Shown in pieces: positions 19,984 to 29,705 of a stretch of DNA of 64,000 bases; within the stretch, counting starts at the first letter, position 1, and each line of letters starts with the position of its first letter. The notes below the pieces were generated by a model. The model was not told the origin of the DNA and ran no database searches. It saw only the letters and a list, made by a program, of their open reading frames with translations. The position numbers and the translations under genes are program-made. The DNA is from Spirochaetales bacterium (lineage in GTDB: Bacteria; Spirochaetota; Spirochaetia; JABMQR01), in the NCBI GenBank assembly GCA_018399255.1, contig JAGYPA010000017.1, positions 6,130 to 70,129 of the forward strand, read 5' to 3'.

Positions 19984-21480
19984 CTACTGAGCCTTTATGT
20001 TCTTAACCGCGGTATCTAAGTCTTCTCGCTGTATTACCTGGAGAGGGATCGGCCTGCTGCTGTCGGAGCAGTTTATGATCAGACGATGATGAATACCCAG
20101 CCGTATTGAATAAAAATCCCCGCCCCCCCCAGTTTTCAACTTCTTTGTCTGCTTGAATACCTCCCTGTTGCGGGTACAGAAACCGGTAAAGGATTCGACA
20201 GCCTTTTTTTTGACTCCCGGTTCAAGCATCTCCAGTGATTTCTGAAACTTCTCAGGGAATACCGGAATGCAAAAAGGGAGAGTTCCCATCTCCGACTCTC
20301 GCAGGTCTTCCTCAACGTTTTCCCTCAGGTCCTGGTCATCACTATCCTGTATCTGCGACTCCCGAACCTGAGTTCTGAGCTCCCGGAAAGATTCCTGTTT
20401 TGTGCTGATAATCTGTTTCAGATGGGCTATCTTTTCCCTGCTCCTTTTGATCGCGTCATCATCAGCATGAATTCTCTGAGGGTGCTGCTCGCTAGACTCT
20501 ATTCTGTTCTGCAGCAGGGTTATTTTTTTCTTTTGCGCGGCACTCTCAGCATGTGCTTCCCGTAACTCCTTCTTCAGCTCCTGCATTTCTTCCCTGATAA
20601 ATTCATCCGGTTCTCGGTCATCGTCTTCATCGGCCAGGTCCTGATACAGATCCATAACGGCGAGAGCGGGATCTTCCCAGTAGTCAATGTCAAGATCTGA
20701 ATAGATTTCCATGATATCCTCGTGCATCGATTCAATATCAAAAAATCTCTCAGGAGAGGTTGCTGTCACAGCCCTGAACAGCAGCACGGCTATTCCAGGA
20801 TAGTGATGCCTGATGGTGTAAAACAGGTCGATAACTTCTTCAAGCTCCTCAATTCCCCGCACACATACCTGTTCGATATAATCCAACACTGCACCGGTAT
20901 TCTTTCGATAGAGGCTGCAGAGGAATTCTACCTTTTTGTAATCATTGCTTTCGGTATTGAAAAACAGTTTCAGAATCCGGGGAGCGAATTCAAACCGGTT
21001 GTCATAATTTATATGAAAGGCTGCATCCATTATCCAGTTATCAAAGGCATCATCCATTTCCGGCAGGGTGATTTTACGGTTTCGCAATCGCAAGGTTTCT
21101 TTTCTGCCCGGTAAAATTCCGTTGGTATCCTCATAAAACCTTCTCAGTTCAACAAGAAAATGGAGGGCGAGGAGAATATCTGAGTGAAGAGCAGTTTTAA
21201 AAGCTGCCGCTGCCTGATCTTTCGTCATGTTCTGCACATCAAGATCCTGCAGCTCGATGAGTGACATTTCCCGAATTTCCCTCACACTGAATGCTGCTAC
21301 ATTGTCTTTTTTCAGCTGATAGTTGTGCTCATGGGCAGTAACATAATGAGAACCCGGCAGAATCCCTCCAAGGCAGCAGTTTTTGTACTTTTTGCCGCTG
21401 CCGCAGGGGCAGGGATCGTTGCGTCCTACCTTTTTCTCTTTTCTTACCAGAGGTTCTTCAGGGAAATAATCTTCATTCAT
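19984..21480 (-). CDS. SEC-C-motif protein with helical/coiled-coil middle and a C-terminal tail resembling RelE/ParE toxins
   Basis: N-terminal [18 protein letters not shown] is the SecA-C-terminal metal-binding motif. The central region is charged and coiled-coil ([35 protein letters not shown]...). The C-terminus ..[42 protein letters not shown] follows the ySiRig-yRiiY...vl.V.hR pattern of RelE/ParE; this is inference. The start is at MNEDYF, because the upstream extension runs through a tandem repeat. Confidence 0.65.
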   Translation of the reverse strand: MNEDYFPEEPLVRKEKKVGRNDPCPCGSGKKYKNCCLGGILPGSHYVTAHEHNYQLKKDNVAAFSVREIREMSLIELQDLDVQNMTKDQAAAAFKTALHSDILLALHFLVELRRFYEDTNGILPGRKETLRLRNRKITLPEMDDAFDNWIMDAAFHINYDNRFEFAPRILKLFFNTESNDYKKVEFLCSLYRKNTGAVLDYIEQVCVRGIEELEEVIDLFYTIRHHYPGIAVLLFRAVTATSPERFFDIESMHEDIMEIYSDLDIDYWEDPALAVMDLYQDLADEDDDREPDEFIREEMQELKKELREAHAESAAQKKKITLLQNRIESSEQHPQRIHADDDAIKRSREKIAHLKQIISTKQESFRELRTQVRESQIQDSDDQDLRENVEEDLRESEMGTLPFCIPVFPEKFQKSLEMLEPGVKKKAVESFTGFCTRNREVFKQTKKLKTGGGGDFYSIRLGIHHRLIINCSDSSRPIPLQVIQREDLDTAVKNIKAQ

Positions 21481-21554
21481 TGCCCTATCATATCGATCTG
21501 CTGCAAAAACAGCAATAATGTCGCTGGCAAAGATGTCCACAAGTAACAGCGAAC

Positions 21555-21594
21555 GGGCAGCAAGACTGCTGGAGGGCAGCAAGACTGCTGGAGG
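21555..21594. repeat. 2 tandem copies of the 19-bp unit GGGCAGCAAGACTGCTGGA
   Basis: Same unit as the 5-copy array at 22497-22590. Confidence 0.8.
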
Positions 21595-22496
21595 GTGTAA
21601 GTGCCCGAATTAATTTGACCCAAATACCCACATTGTTTTAAATCGAAAATCCTTCAGTAGTTGCTAAAATCCCGAGATATTATCAACTTTCTCTTTACCC
21701 GCATATTTTTACCGAACGACCATAGCGCGGGCATACACGTCCTGATGCAGCAGCACAAGAAAACGGCAGCCCTCAGGCTGCCTTAAGCGCCCGGCGGGCG
21801 CTCAGAAGCGGTGGAAATCCGATTTCTATGGGAAATCCGATTTCCTCCTTCTTTTTTGGGAAATCCTGTCATGACTGCAAAGGAGGGCAGGATTTCATGG
21901 GTTTGCAGGGTTGCATAGGAGGCTATGATTGAAAAAAGAAGGGCAATAAAAGCAGCTGATGGGAAGAGAAACCCGGTTAAGTCCGGCTCAATATACACAT
22001 GTCGCACGAGTAGCCGGAAGGAAGCAAATAAGGTTTTGCAGGGTAAGGAGCTGCTGAGAGGGTCACGAAAACCTTAAGCCTGGCTCAAAACACACGTGTC
22101 GCACGAGGAGGAGGGGGCGGAATTATGCAAGGGACAGGGGCAAATAAACTATATCTTCCCATGCCGGCTGAATGTTCCTTCAGTTTTGCAGCAAGGACAG
22201 ATCAACCCCCTGACAAAAGCCTTGCAGTCAGGGTAGCGTGATTCAAAGCAGTAATTTTCTTTTGTGGTTCTTAAGCAAATTATCGCTTTATTTGGAGACC
22301 CGGTCAAACCTGAGGCTCTTGCAAAAAGCAAGAGCGACGTTTTGGAGCTAATATTCAAAAATGTGAAGCATTTTGAAATTGGCTCAACTGTCAAAAGAAT
22401 TATGCCCGGTCTCTTTTCTCCTTTCTTAATACTACCAAGAATTTTAATACGGGTATTTCTCTCATTTCAAGTCCTTTTTTTGCGGGATTCTACAGA

Positions 22497-22590
22497 GGGC
22501 AGCAAGACTGCTGGAGGGCAGCAAGACTGCTGGAGGGCAGCAAGTCTGCTGGAGGGCAGTAAGACTGCCGGAGGGCAGCAAGACTGCAGC
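22497..22590. repeat. 5 tandem copies of the 19-bp unit GGGCAGCAAGACTGCTGGA, with no spacers
   Basis: Direct reading. The unit is itself semi-palindromic (GCAGCA/TGCTGG). Confidence 0.85.
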
Positions 22591-22627
22591 CAGGCTTTGC
22601 CAGCTCAGGTAAAGTCCGGTAAAATTA

Positions 22628-23026
22628 TCAGGCAAGCTCGGCGGTTTCCCGTTTGATCCTTTCGTAAATATTTCGCGCTTCGATAATAAAATCGTACGCA
22701 TCCTCATAAGAGGGCATTCCATCGGGCAGTAAGCCCAGGTCTGATGGATATCTTGCCTCTATATAGGTTTCATTGATCATCTTGAAAGTTTCCATATTAA
22801 TGTCTAGCTTCAGATAGTTCCTCACTGTACCATATAATTTGATCAAATTATGTATTTTAGGAATTTCATTTGTTTTCAAGATGATCAATGCCTTAAACGA
22901 TTTCTCAACGCATTGATGACAGTGGAAGGTAACATTGTTGGTCAAGTCAGGATCTGTTAGAATCAATTCTGCTGTTTTTAAATCTTTTTCTGCAAAACGC
23001 AGCCATTCATCAACGAGTTGTTTCAT
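22628..23026 (-). CDS. HEPN domain protein, toxin-like partner of the adjacent nucleotidyltransferase
   Basis: 132 aa, all-helical. Overlaps the upstream nucleotidyltransferase gene by 17 nt; this HEPN/MNT operon organisation is classic. Confidence 0.7.
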   Translation of the reverse strand: MKQLVDEWLRFAEKDLKTAELILTDPDLTNNVTFHCHQCVEKSFKALIILKTNEIPKIHNLIKLYGTVRNYLKLDINMETFKMINETYIEARYPSDLGLLPDGMPSYEDAYDFIIEARNIYERIKRETAELA

Positions 23027-23354
23027 AAAGCACTTTCCCTTTTTCTATTTCCCTGATGAATGGATGATTAACTTCACATGATTTTTCATATTCTGTTCTG
23101 GTATAAACCACCAGGTCAATGGGTACTTCATAGCTGATATCCAGTATCGCATTTCTCACTAATAATTTATTTTTTATTCTTTCCCGGTAGTTCTGAGGGA
23201 TTTCAAAGCTGTTCAGAATAACAGCCAGATCAATATCACTATCTTTATGTTCATTGCGCTCGGATAATGAGCCAAACAGAACTATTTTATATACGTCAAT
23301 GCCCTTCAGGGCATTAATAATTATTGGCAGGTAGTGGTTCAGTGACATTTCCAT
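23010..23354 (-). CDS. Minimal nucleotidyltransferase (MNT) domain protein
   Basis: LFGSLSERNEHKDSDIDLAVIL is the GS...DxD motif of Pol-beta-type nucleotidyltransferases. Confidence 0.8.
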   Translation of the reverse strand: MEMSLNHYLPIIINALKGIDVYKIVLFGSLSERNEHKDSDIDLAVILNSFEIPQNYRERIKNKLLVRNAILDISYEVPIDLVVYTRTEYEKSCEVNHPFIREIEKGKVLYETTR

Positions 23355-23443
23355 GAATCTATCTTACCGCAGATTATAATGCCTGTCATCAGCTATATCC
23401 CGGTGGAGAGCACAGGTGCACGGAAAAAGTGTGTCTGTGAGAT

Positions 23444-23502
23444 TGGTGTCTGACACCGTATCCCGCAAAAAAAACCTGTTAAATTGCGGGATCCGGTACC
23501 AG
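23444..23502. repeat. Double-hairpin repeat element, copy 2 of 3, followed by (acaccgaa)x4 at 23507-23540
   Basis: TGGTGTCTGACACCGTATCCCGCAAAAAAAACCTGTTAAATTGCGGGATCCGGT; the stem ATCCCGCAA/TTGCGGGAT is perfect. Confidence 0.8.
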
Positions 23503-23711
23503 ACATCCAAACACCGAAACACCGAAACACCGAAACACCCTTACCATTGTTAACGAAAGTTCTTTATGATACGGTAGGCTTGCGACAGGGTATTCGGAAG
23601 CCCCCATTGGAATGTGGTACGGCTGATTGTAGAGGTATAGCATTGCACTTGCCGTAAGACAGCTGGATTACCGTTTACCGTAACACTATCTGTTTGGAGA
23701 AAAGTTGAGAT

Positions 23712-24869
23712 ATGCAAGTAGGATGCACAAAGAAACTGTTGGATTATATGGGCTTGAAGGCTGAACCTGCTGACCCGGAAGCGGATCCCGTATTGAGCTG
23801 GAGTGCCAATAGCATTACGATCAACCACCGCCGGGCCATCATCGCCGGCAACGACTCATCACGATATGGATTCATATTGTACGGCATCAAGAGTAAGGAT
23901 AAAAAGAACTTGGGAAGGCTGCTTCTTGATGGAGTACGTGCATGCCTGGAAGCCGAGTGCATAGCCCCTGAACTCATACACAGGTATATGGACGATTGCG
24001 GGGCAAATGTCACCTTCACAAAGACACCCGGCAGCTCTGTAGTGGCAAGACTGAACAAACTATGTCTTAGTGCGTCATATATTGCAGAACTGCTGACCAC
24101 TGAACAACTGTTTCAGCAGCAGATATTACTGAGATTCAATAACGATTACATTACAAGTAAAAGCGAACCCCCAGGAGATTACAAAAACGGCCCTGCAAGC
24201 GAATCCCCAGGAGATCGCAAAAGGATTTATCACAACGTATACACGAAATTTGCCGATGACATTTCCCAGCGGTATGGTGCTCACCCGTATGGCTGCAATG
24301 CAGTTGAGCTCGAGGTGGAGCTCGAGTTGGAAAGCCTGTGCCGCAGGCGGATCATCGTCCCCTCCGGCTATACCTTCCGGCAGTTACATCTTGTTCTCCA
24401 AAACCTTTTCTGCTGGCAGCGCTGCCATCTGCATGAATTCTCGATAGAACGCTATCCGAACGGCCGGTTGAAGCACACGCTGGTCGGACATCCTCAGGAG
24501 TTTGATCTGGAAGGTGAGACCACACAACCGGATAGTTCAGTGCAGCTCTCCGAAATATTCCCACACTATGATCACATCATCTACACCTATGATTACGGGG
24601 ATGACTGGACCCATCACATCCGGTTTGTTGGCATCATCAACAATTATGATAAGAATCATGCGGTATGCCTCAGCGGAGAGGGCGATGCTCCCCCTGAGGA
24701 TGTGGGAGGAGCTCCCGGGTATGCCCGGCTGCTTCAGGTTCTGGCAGATCCTGAAGATCCTGACTATGACAACCTGAAGGCATGGTACGAATGGATGCAC
24801 TGCAGACCTTTCGATCTGGACAGGGTGAACAGCGCCTTACAGCACTGCGTGAGATCGTATGATTACTGA
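23712..24869 (+). CDS. Plasmid pRiA4b ORF-3-family protein (PRiA4_ORF3 domain) with N-terminal extension
   Basis: C-terminal block ..IYTYDYGDDWTHHIRFVGII..CLSGEGDAPPEDVGGAPGY.. matches the conserved Y-D-[FY]-G-D-D-W-x-H core of the pfam PRiA4_ORF3 family, an IS-associated passenger protein. Confidence 0.6.
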   Translation: MQVGCTKKLLDYMGLKAEPADPEADPVLSWSANSITINHRRAIIAGNDSSRYGFILYGIKSKDKKNLGRLLLDGVRACLEAECIAPELIHRYMDDCGANVTFTKTPGSSVVARLNKLCLSASYIAELLTTEQLFQQQILLRFNNDYITSKSEPPGDYKNGPASESPGDRKRIYHNVYTKFADDISQRYGAHPYGCNAVELEVELELESLCRRRIIVPSGYTFRQLHLVLQNLFCWQRCHLHEFSIERYPNGRLKHTLVGHPQEFDLEGETTQPDSSVQLSEIFPHYDHIIYTYDYGDDWTHHIRFVGIINNYDKNHAVCLSGEGDAPPEDVGGAPGYARLLQVLADPEDPDYDNLKAWYEWMHCRPFDLDRVNSALQHCVRSYDY

Positions 24870-25029
24870 TAATACGATAACAGACGAACACAGCCGAATC
24901 AGCGCGCCCAGCGGAACATAGCAAGCAAGGCCAAACACAGCGCGCCCAGCGAACACAGCCGGCCCCATAAAGATTGACCGGCTGCCTGCCGGTGCGGTAT
25001 ACTCAGCGTTGTATGAGAGGGGCGTATAC

Positions 25030-26175
25030 ATGAAAATTCTCGTAACCGGGGCGGCCGGATTTATCGGCTTTCACCTTTCCAGAAAATTACTCGAAAACTC
25101 CCGTGAAATAATCGGGATTGATAACCTGAACACCTATTACGATCCGGCGCTCAAACAGTCGAGACTCCAGCAATTGGAGCAGTACCCGGAATTTACCTTT
25201 CAGAAGGTTGATATAAAAGACAAGGCAGCCGTAGACACCCTCTTCGAAACGCATCGGCCCACACACGTCATCAACCTGGCAGCTCAAGCCGGCGTGCGCT
25301 ACTCAATCGATAACCCCTACGCCTATGTGGATTCAAACCTCATTGGCTTCGTGAATATCCTCGAAGCCTGCAGAAACAACCCGGTAGAGCACCTGCTCTA
25401 TGCATCCTCCAGCTCCGTCTATGGGGGCAATACCGTCGTACCGTTTTCTACCGACCACAATGTTGATCACCCCGTCTCGCTCTACGCGGCCACAAAGAAA
25501 GCCAATGAACTGATGGCCCACACCTACAGCCACCTCTATGGCATCCCCACTACCGGACTCCGCTTCTTCACCGTATACGGACCCTACGGCAGACCCGATA
25601 TGGCCTACTACTCATTTACCAAAGACATCCTTGCCGGAGTCCCCATCAAAGTCTTCAACCACGGAAAGATGGAGCGGGACTTCACCTATATTGATGACAT
25701 TGTTGAAGGCATCGTGAAGCTTATCGATAAACCGCCGTCCGCCGGCAAAAAGCGGGACGGAACACGGAACAAGAGAGTGGACGATACCCGAAATGATGGC
25801 CGGAATGTAAGCTTGGACGATGGCCAGAAAGAGAGCCGGAATGCAAGCTTGGACGATGGCCAGAAAGAGAGCCGGGATGATGCGAATGCCAGCTTCGCTC
25901 CCTACAAGATATATAACATCGGAAACAGCAAGCCCGTGCCGCTGATGAGATTTATCAGCGCCCTGGAAACCGCCCTGGGCAGAGAGGCTGATAAAATCTA
26001 TCTGGACATGCAGCCGGGAGATGTCCCGAGGACCTACGCCGACGTCTCAGAGCTTGAACGGGACATCGGCTTCAGACCCTCGACCGCCATCGAGGACGGA
26101 CTTGCACGCTTCGTCGACTGGTACCTCGAATACCATCAGATTGAGAAAAAAACCGCACTTTCACACAAAGGATAA
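25030..26175 (+). CDS. NAD-dependent epimerase/dehydratase (UDP-glucuronate 4-epimerase-like) carrying an in-frame tandem-repeat insertion
   Basis: Rossmann GAAGFIGFH motif and YAATKKANE (YxxxK catalytic motif). A 36-bp unit gtaagcttggacgatggccagaaagagagccggaat is repeated twice in frame at ~25800-25880 (..RNVSLDDGQKESRNASLDDGQKESRDD..), within a surface loop before the C-terminal subdomain. Confidence 0.85.
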   Translation: MKILVTGAAGFIGFHLSRKLLENSREIIGIDNLNTYYDPALKQSRLQQLEQYPEFTFQKVDIKDKAAVDTLFETHRPTHVINLAAQAGVRYSIDNPYAYVDSNLIGFVNILEACRNNPVEHLLYASSSSVYGGNTVVPFSTDHNVDHPVSLYAATKKANELMAHTYSHLYGIPTTGLRFFTVYGPYGRPDMAYYSFTKDILAGVPIKVFNHGKMERDFTYIDDIVEGIVKLIDKPPSAGKKRDGTRNKRVDDTRNDGRNVSLDDGQKESRNASLDDGQKESRDDANASFAPYKIYNIGNSKPVPLMRFISALETALGREADKIYLDMQPGDVPRTYADVSELERDIGFRPSTAIEDGLARFVDWYLEYHQIEKKTALSHKG

Positions 26176-26228
26176 GACAAGCAAAGGGTACCCGACCAAG
26201 GGACAATACTGACAAGGGGTAAAAAACA

Positions 26229-27395
26229 ATGAAAATAACAATTGCCGGAACCGGCTACGTAGGCCTCTCTAACGCCATTCTGCTCGCTCAGCATAATGAA
26301 GTCATCGCCCTCGATATCATCAAGGAAAAAGTTGCGCTGATAAACCAGAGGAAATCACCCGTCATCGATCCCGAAATAGAAGAGTACCTGGCCGAAAAGG
26401 ACCTGAACCTGAGAGCGACAAACGATAACTACGAAGCCTTCAAGGATGCCGAATATATCATAGTCTCAACCCAGACAAACTACGACCCGGAAAAAAACTA
26501 CTTCAACACCAGAAGCGTAGAAGCTGTCATAGCCAATGTCCTGTCGATAAACCCCGATGCAATAATGGTGATCAAATCAACCGTACCGGTAGGCTACACA
26601 GAGGCGATCAAGGAAAAATTCGAAACAGACAATGTCATCTTCAGCCCGGAGTTTCTGAGGGAGGGCAAAGCCCTATACGACAACCTCCACCCCTCGAGAA
26701 TCGTCGTCGGCGAGCAGTCCGAACGGGCGAGAGTGTTTGCCGGGCTTCTGGCACAGGGGGCCATCAAAAAAGACATCCCGATACTCTACACCAATCCCAC
26801 CGAGGCCGAAGCCATCAAACTCTTTGCCAACACCTACCTTGCCCTGCGTGTGGCCTATTTTAACGAGCTCGACTCCTATGCAGAAATGCGCGGCCTCGAT
26901 ACCCGGCAGATAATTGAAGGAGTAGGCCTGGATCCCCGCATCGGCACCCACTACAACAACCCCTCCTTCGGGTATGGCGGATACTGCCTGCCGAAGGATA
27001 CAAAACAGCTGCTCGCCAACTATCAGGATGTACCCCAGAACATCATGTCAGCAATCGTAGATGCCAACCGCACGCGAAAAGACCATGTAGCAGACATGAT
27101 CATAAACAGGAACCCGAAGACCGTAGGCATCTACCGACTCACCATGAAAATGGATTCTGACAACTTCCGCCAGTCAGCAATCCAGGGAATAATGAAGCGA
27201 ATCAAAGCCAAAGGCATCGAGACCGTCGTCTACGAGCCAGCCCTCGAGGGAGACGAGTTCTACCGGTCAAGAGTAATAAAAAACATAGACGAGTTTAAGA
27301 AAATCTCCGATGTCATCGTGACCAACAGATTATCACCGGAAATTGCCGACGTGGCAGACAAAGTCTACACCCGGGACCTCTTCAGCCGGGACTGA
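26229..27395 (+). CDS. ugd: UDP-glucose 6-dehydrogenase
   Basis: [21 protein letters not shown]-terminus, catalytic Cys region [10 protein letters not shown], 388 aa. Confidence 0.9.
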   Translation: MKITIAGTGYVGLSNAILLAQHNEVIALDIIKEKVALINQRKSPVIDPEIEEYLAEKDLNLRATNDNYEAFKDAEYIIVSTQTNYDPEKNYFNTRSVEAVIANVLSINPDAIMVIKSTVPVGYTEAIKEKFETDNVIFSPEFLREGKALYDNLHPSRIVVGEQSERARVFAGLLAQGAIKKDIPILYTNPTEAEAIKLFANTYLALRVAYFNELDSYAEMRGLDTRQIIEGVGLDPRIGTHYNNPSFGYGGYCLPKDTKQLLANYQDVPQNIMSAIVDANRTRKDHVADMIINRNPKTVGIYRLTMKMDSDNFRQSAIQGIMKRIKAKGIETVVYEPALEGDEFYRSRVIKNIDEFKKISDVIVTNRLSPEIADVADKVYTRDLFSRD

Positions 27396-27450
27396 GAAGG
27401 GCGGAGGGAGGGATCCGGTATTTGGGATCCGGCATCTAGGGTGATGAGAG

Positions 27451-27513
27451 GGTGTCTGACACCGTATTCCTCAAAAACACCGGGTTAAATTGCGGAATCC
27501 GGTGTCAAACACC
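27451..27513. repeat. Double-hairpin repeat element, copy 3 of 3 (the most diverged)
   Basis: GGTGTCTGACACCGTATTCCTCAAAAACACCGGGTTAAATTGCGGAATCCGGTGTCAAACACC. The long stem GACACCGTATTCC/GGAATCCGGTGTC is preserved by compensatory changes. Confidence 0.75.
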
Positions 27514-27801
27514 AAAACACAATTAACGAGCGTAAGATCCATTGATACAGTGTGATGCCTATGGGGGCTACCACCACTCGGGTCAGGCTGACTCAATATC
27601 ATCAGGAGAAAGTGAGGTTTCCTTGTTAAGGATTGGGGTATGTAAAACCAGCTTGCCTATGTTGTGCAGCAAATCGATGACTTTCCAACCCCAGCTGCCC
27701 CATCCCAGCCCCCCTGGATAGTCACTCCCGCATCAGGCGCTTATAAGCGTAAACGCCCCGCACGTAATTGATTTTTGATCAAATTCGTTCTATAAACCGT
27801 T

Positions 27802-29682
27802 ATGGAACAAATTAAAAAAATAAAAAACAGCTGTGACAGGTTCAACAGAAACCTGGAAGAAATTGAGCCGTCTATGTACAGATGGGTCCTGCGGTCCGCG
27901 TCTGTAGCAAGTGATATCGCTGAACTGAAGAAACGGGAGCAGGATCCCGAGAATGCGTATCCAGAGAATTGGCATGACATGATGGCTGCCGGCCGCGCGA
28001 TCTCCTATACCCTGACCCGAAAAGAACGGATACAAAAATTTCTCGGAAGTCACCGGCACAAGATTACCGATGACGCAATAGAGCTGCTCAAACATCTCCA
28101 AGACAACCCCCTGCGATGGACTGCCTTCAGGGTGGACGAAAAACTCGATAAAAACCTGTTCAGGATAACGGATGTACTGGATAAGGAAAAACAGCTTCCT
28201 CCACTCTACTCAATAGGCGTCTCCAACCAGCTGAGAAGCAGCATAAGCCAGGATACCCTGTTTATCACCCTGATTTTGGACAACGGAGAATCTTTGCAGA
28301 CCATCGGCATCATCCACAGCTACCTCTCGGTAACGGAAAATGACCTCGACTTCCTCTGCAGCGTCCTGGACAAAGATCTCTACGAAAACCGGGGACTCTC
28401 AGGCGTTATCAGCAAACATTTTCTCAAGTTTTTCGCAATTGATGAGATCGCGGAAATACCGCCCATTGTCTTTCGCGGAATGCTGTCAGAGGTTATCTGG
28501 CGGGAGCTGCATCTGGAAGATATCGGCAGAGTGCTGCTGCCGGGAAATTGGGATATTGAAGAAACAATAGATGGGGTACTCAGATTTGAATTTCTCGGAC
28601 CGGATGAAAAACTCACAGCCCTGGAACCGATGGCCGGGCAGAACCCTGAACAACCCTGGAAGATGGCAGGCATGTTTCCTTCCTATCTCTATCTGTACCC
28701 GCAAAAGCAGACTGCCTGCATCCACGCAGCATCATTTCACGACTATACCATACTGCATCAGGTACTTAACGGTAAATTCGACCTCGAAGAAGGTGCCCGC
28801 GGCCTGCCGTTCTTTCGCATATCCTCCACGGTGTGGAGCATAGCCTCACAAATACCCGATTTAGCACTGCCTTGGGATTGGTACATAGAACAGTTCGAGG
28901 AGGAAGAGGATGAAGACCCCGAGGACCCCGAAGATACCGAAAACCCCGAGGGCACCGAAGATTCACCCTTTATGGCATCCATAAATACACTAATTAGTGA
29001 AGTAATGATTGCCAGAAATTCAGGCACTGAGGTCGATATCCCGAAGCGCTGCGATGAACTGGGGCTCGATCTTTCCATAGCGGAATCCATTCTGGAACAA
29101 TTGGAGGGGGTGACGAAGAGGATGATGCCCGATCTCGAACTTACAGATGACGACAGGACATGGGAAATACCCGACCTCACGATACCACCTCCGTCAATCC
29201 GCCGGGAATTCTCCAGGCCCTTGTACAATTCTACGCTGTTCACGACAAATGAGACCCGGCACAGCTATGAGCTCTTTGCCTCACTGGCGGGAGAAAAAAA
29301 TGCGGTAAAGACTGAACCCGGGGACATGGCAGACTACATTACCTCCCTCTTTGAAGAAACCTTCGACCGGTTTGGCCCCACAATCATGAGCAGCCTGTTT
29401 TTAATACTTTTAGAGCAGGGAGACCGATGGGTCTCGGTGCGCTCCTGCGGAATAGAGATCCTGAAGCTGTTTCACCAGGTGCTGCTTCCCACGCTCAAGA
29501 CTGACAAGGATACCTTTCTCTCCCAGTTCAGCCGGTTTGTGCTCATGTCCCTTTGCTCCAACGGGCTGCTGGAACTATCAGAACGGCCGAAAGGCGAAGC
29601 ACGCACCCGTGGAACCTACAAAATCAGACCGAGTGCCTTCTTTCGACAATTCATAGCGCTGAATGCAAAAAGAATTGATTAG
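27802..29682 (+). CDS. Hypothetical 626-aa protein with an acidic E/D/P-rich linker; paralogue of 4101-6020
   Basis: See the paralogue alignment blocks under 4101-6020. The acidic tract EEEEDEDPEDPEDTENPEGTED lies at ~28890-28960. Confidence 0.7.
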   Translation: MEQIKKIKNSCDRFNRNLEEIEPSMYRWVLRSASVASDIAELKKREQDPENAYPENWHDMMAAGRAISYTLTRKERIQKFLGSHRHKITDDAIELLKHLQDNPLRWTAFRVDEKLDKNLFRITDVLDKEKQLPPLYSIGVSNQLRSSISQDTLFITLILDNGESLQTIGIIHSYLSVTENDLDFLCSVLDKDLYENRGLSGVISKHFLKFFAIDEIAEIPPIVFRGMLSEVIWRELHLEDIGRVLLPGNWDIEETIDGVLRFEFLGPDEKLTALEPMAGQNPEQPWKMAGMFPSYLYLYPQKQTACIHAASFHDYTILHQVLNGKFDLEEGARGLPFFRISSTVWSIASQIPDLALPWDWYIEQFEEEEDEDPEDPEDTENPEGTEDSPFMASINTLISEVMIARNSGTEVDIPKRCDELGLDLSIAESILEQLEGVTKRMMPDLELTDDDRTWEIPDLTIPPPSIRREFSRPLYNSTLFTTNETRHSYELFASLAGEKNAVKTEPGDMADYITSLFEETFDRFGPTIMSSLFLILLEQGDRWVSVRSCGIEILKLFHQVLLPTLKTDKDTFLSQFSRFVLMSLCSNGLLELSERPKGEARTRGTYKIRPSAFFRQFIALNAKRID

Positions 29683-29705
29683 ACTCATTGGATCATACTT
29701 GCTGC

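Noticed and set aside
22149-22394. 81-aa Cys-containing minus-strand ORF (CPCCKTEG...) in the gene-free stretch
   Set aside because: It has no RBS and sits within the repeat-rich non-coding region. The Cys spacing is not a clean zinc-ribbon. It is left as unlikely.
22497-22590. Possible CRISPR array (regular 19-bp repeats)
   Set aside because: The units are directly adjacent with no spacers and only 19 bp long, and no cas genes are nearby. This is a tandem minisatellite or iteron array, not CRISPR.
19911-27513. The three hairpin elements as integron attC sites
   Set aside because: The flanking genes are on both strands relative to the fixed element orientation. No intI or attI is present, and no GTTRRRY core sites are positioned as in attC.
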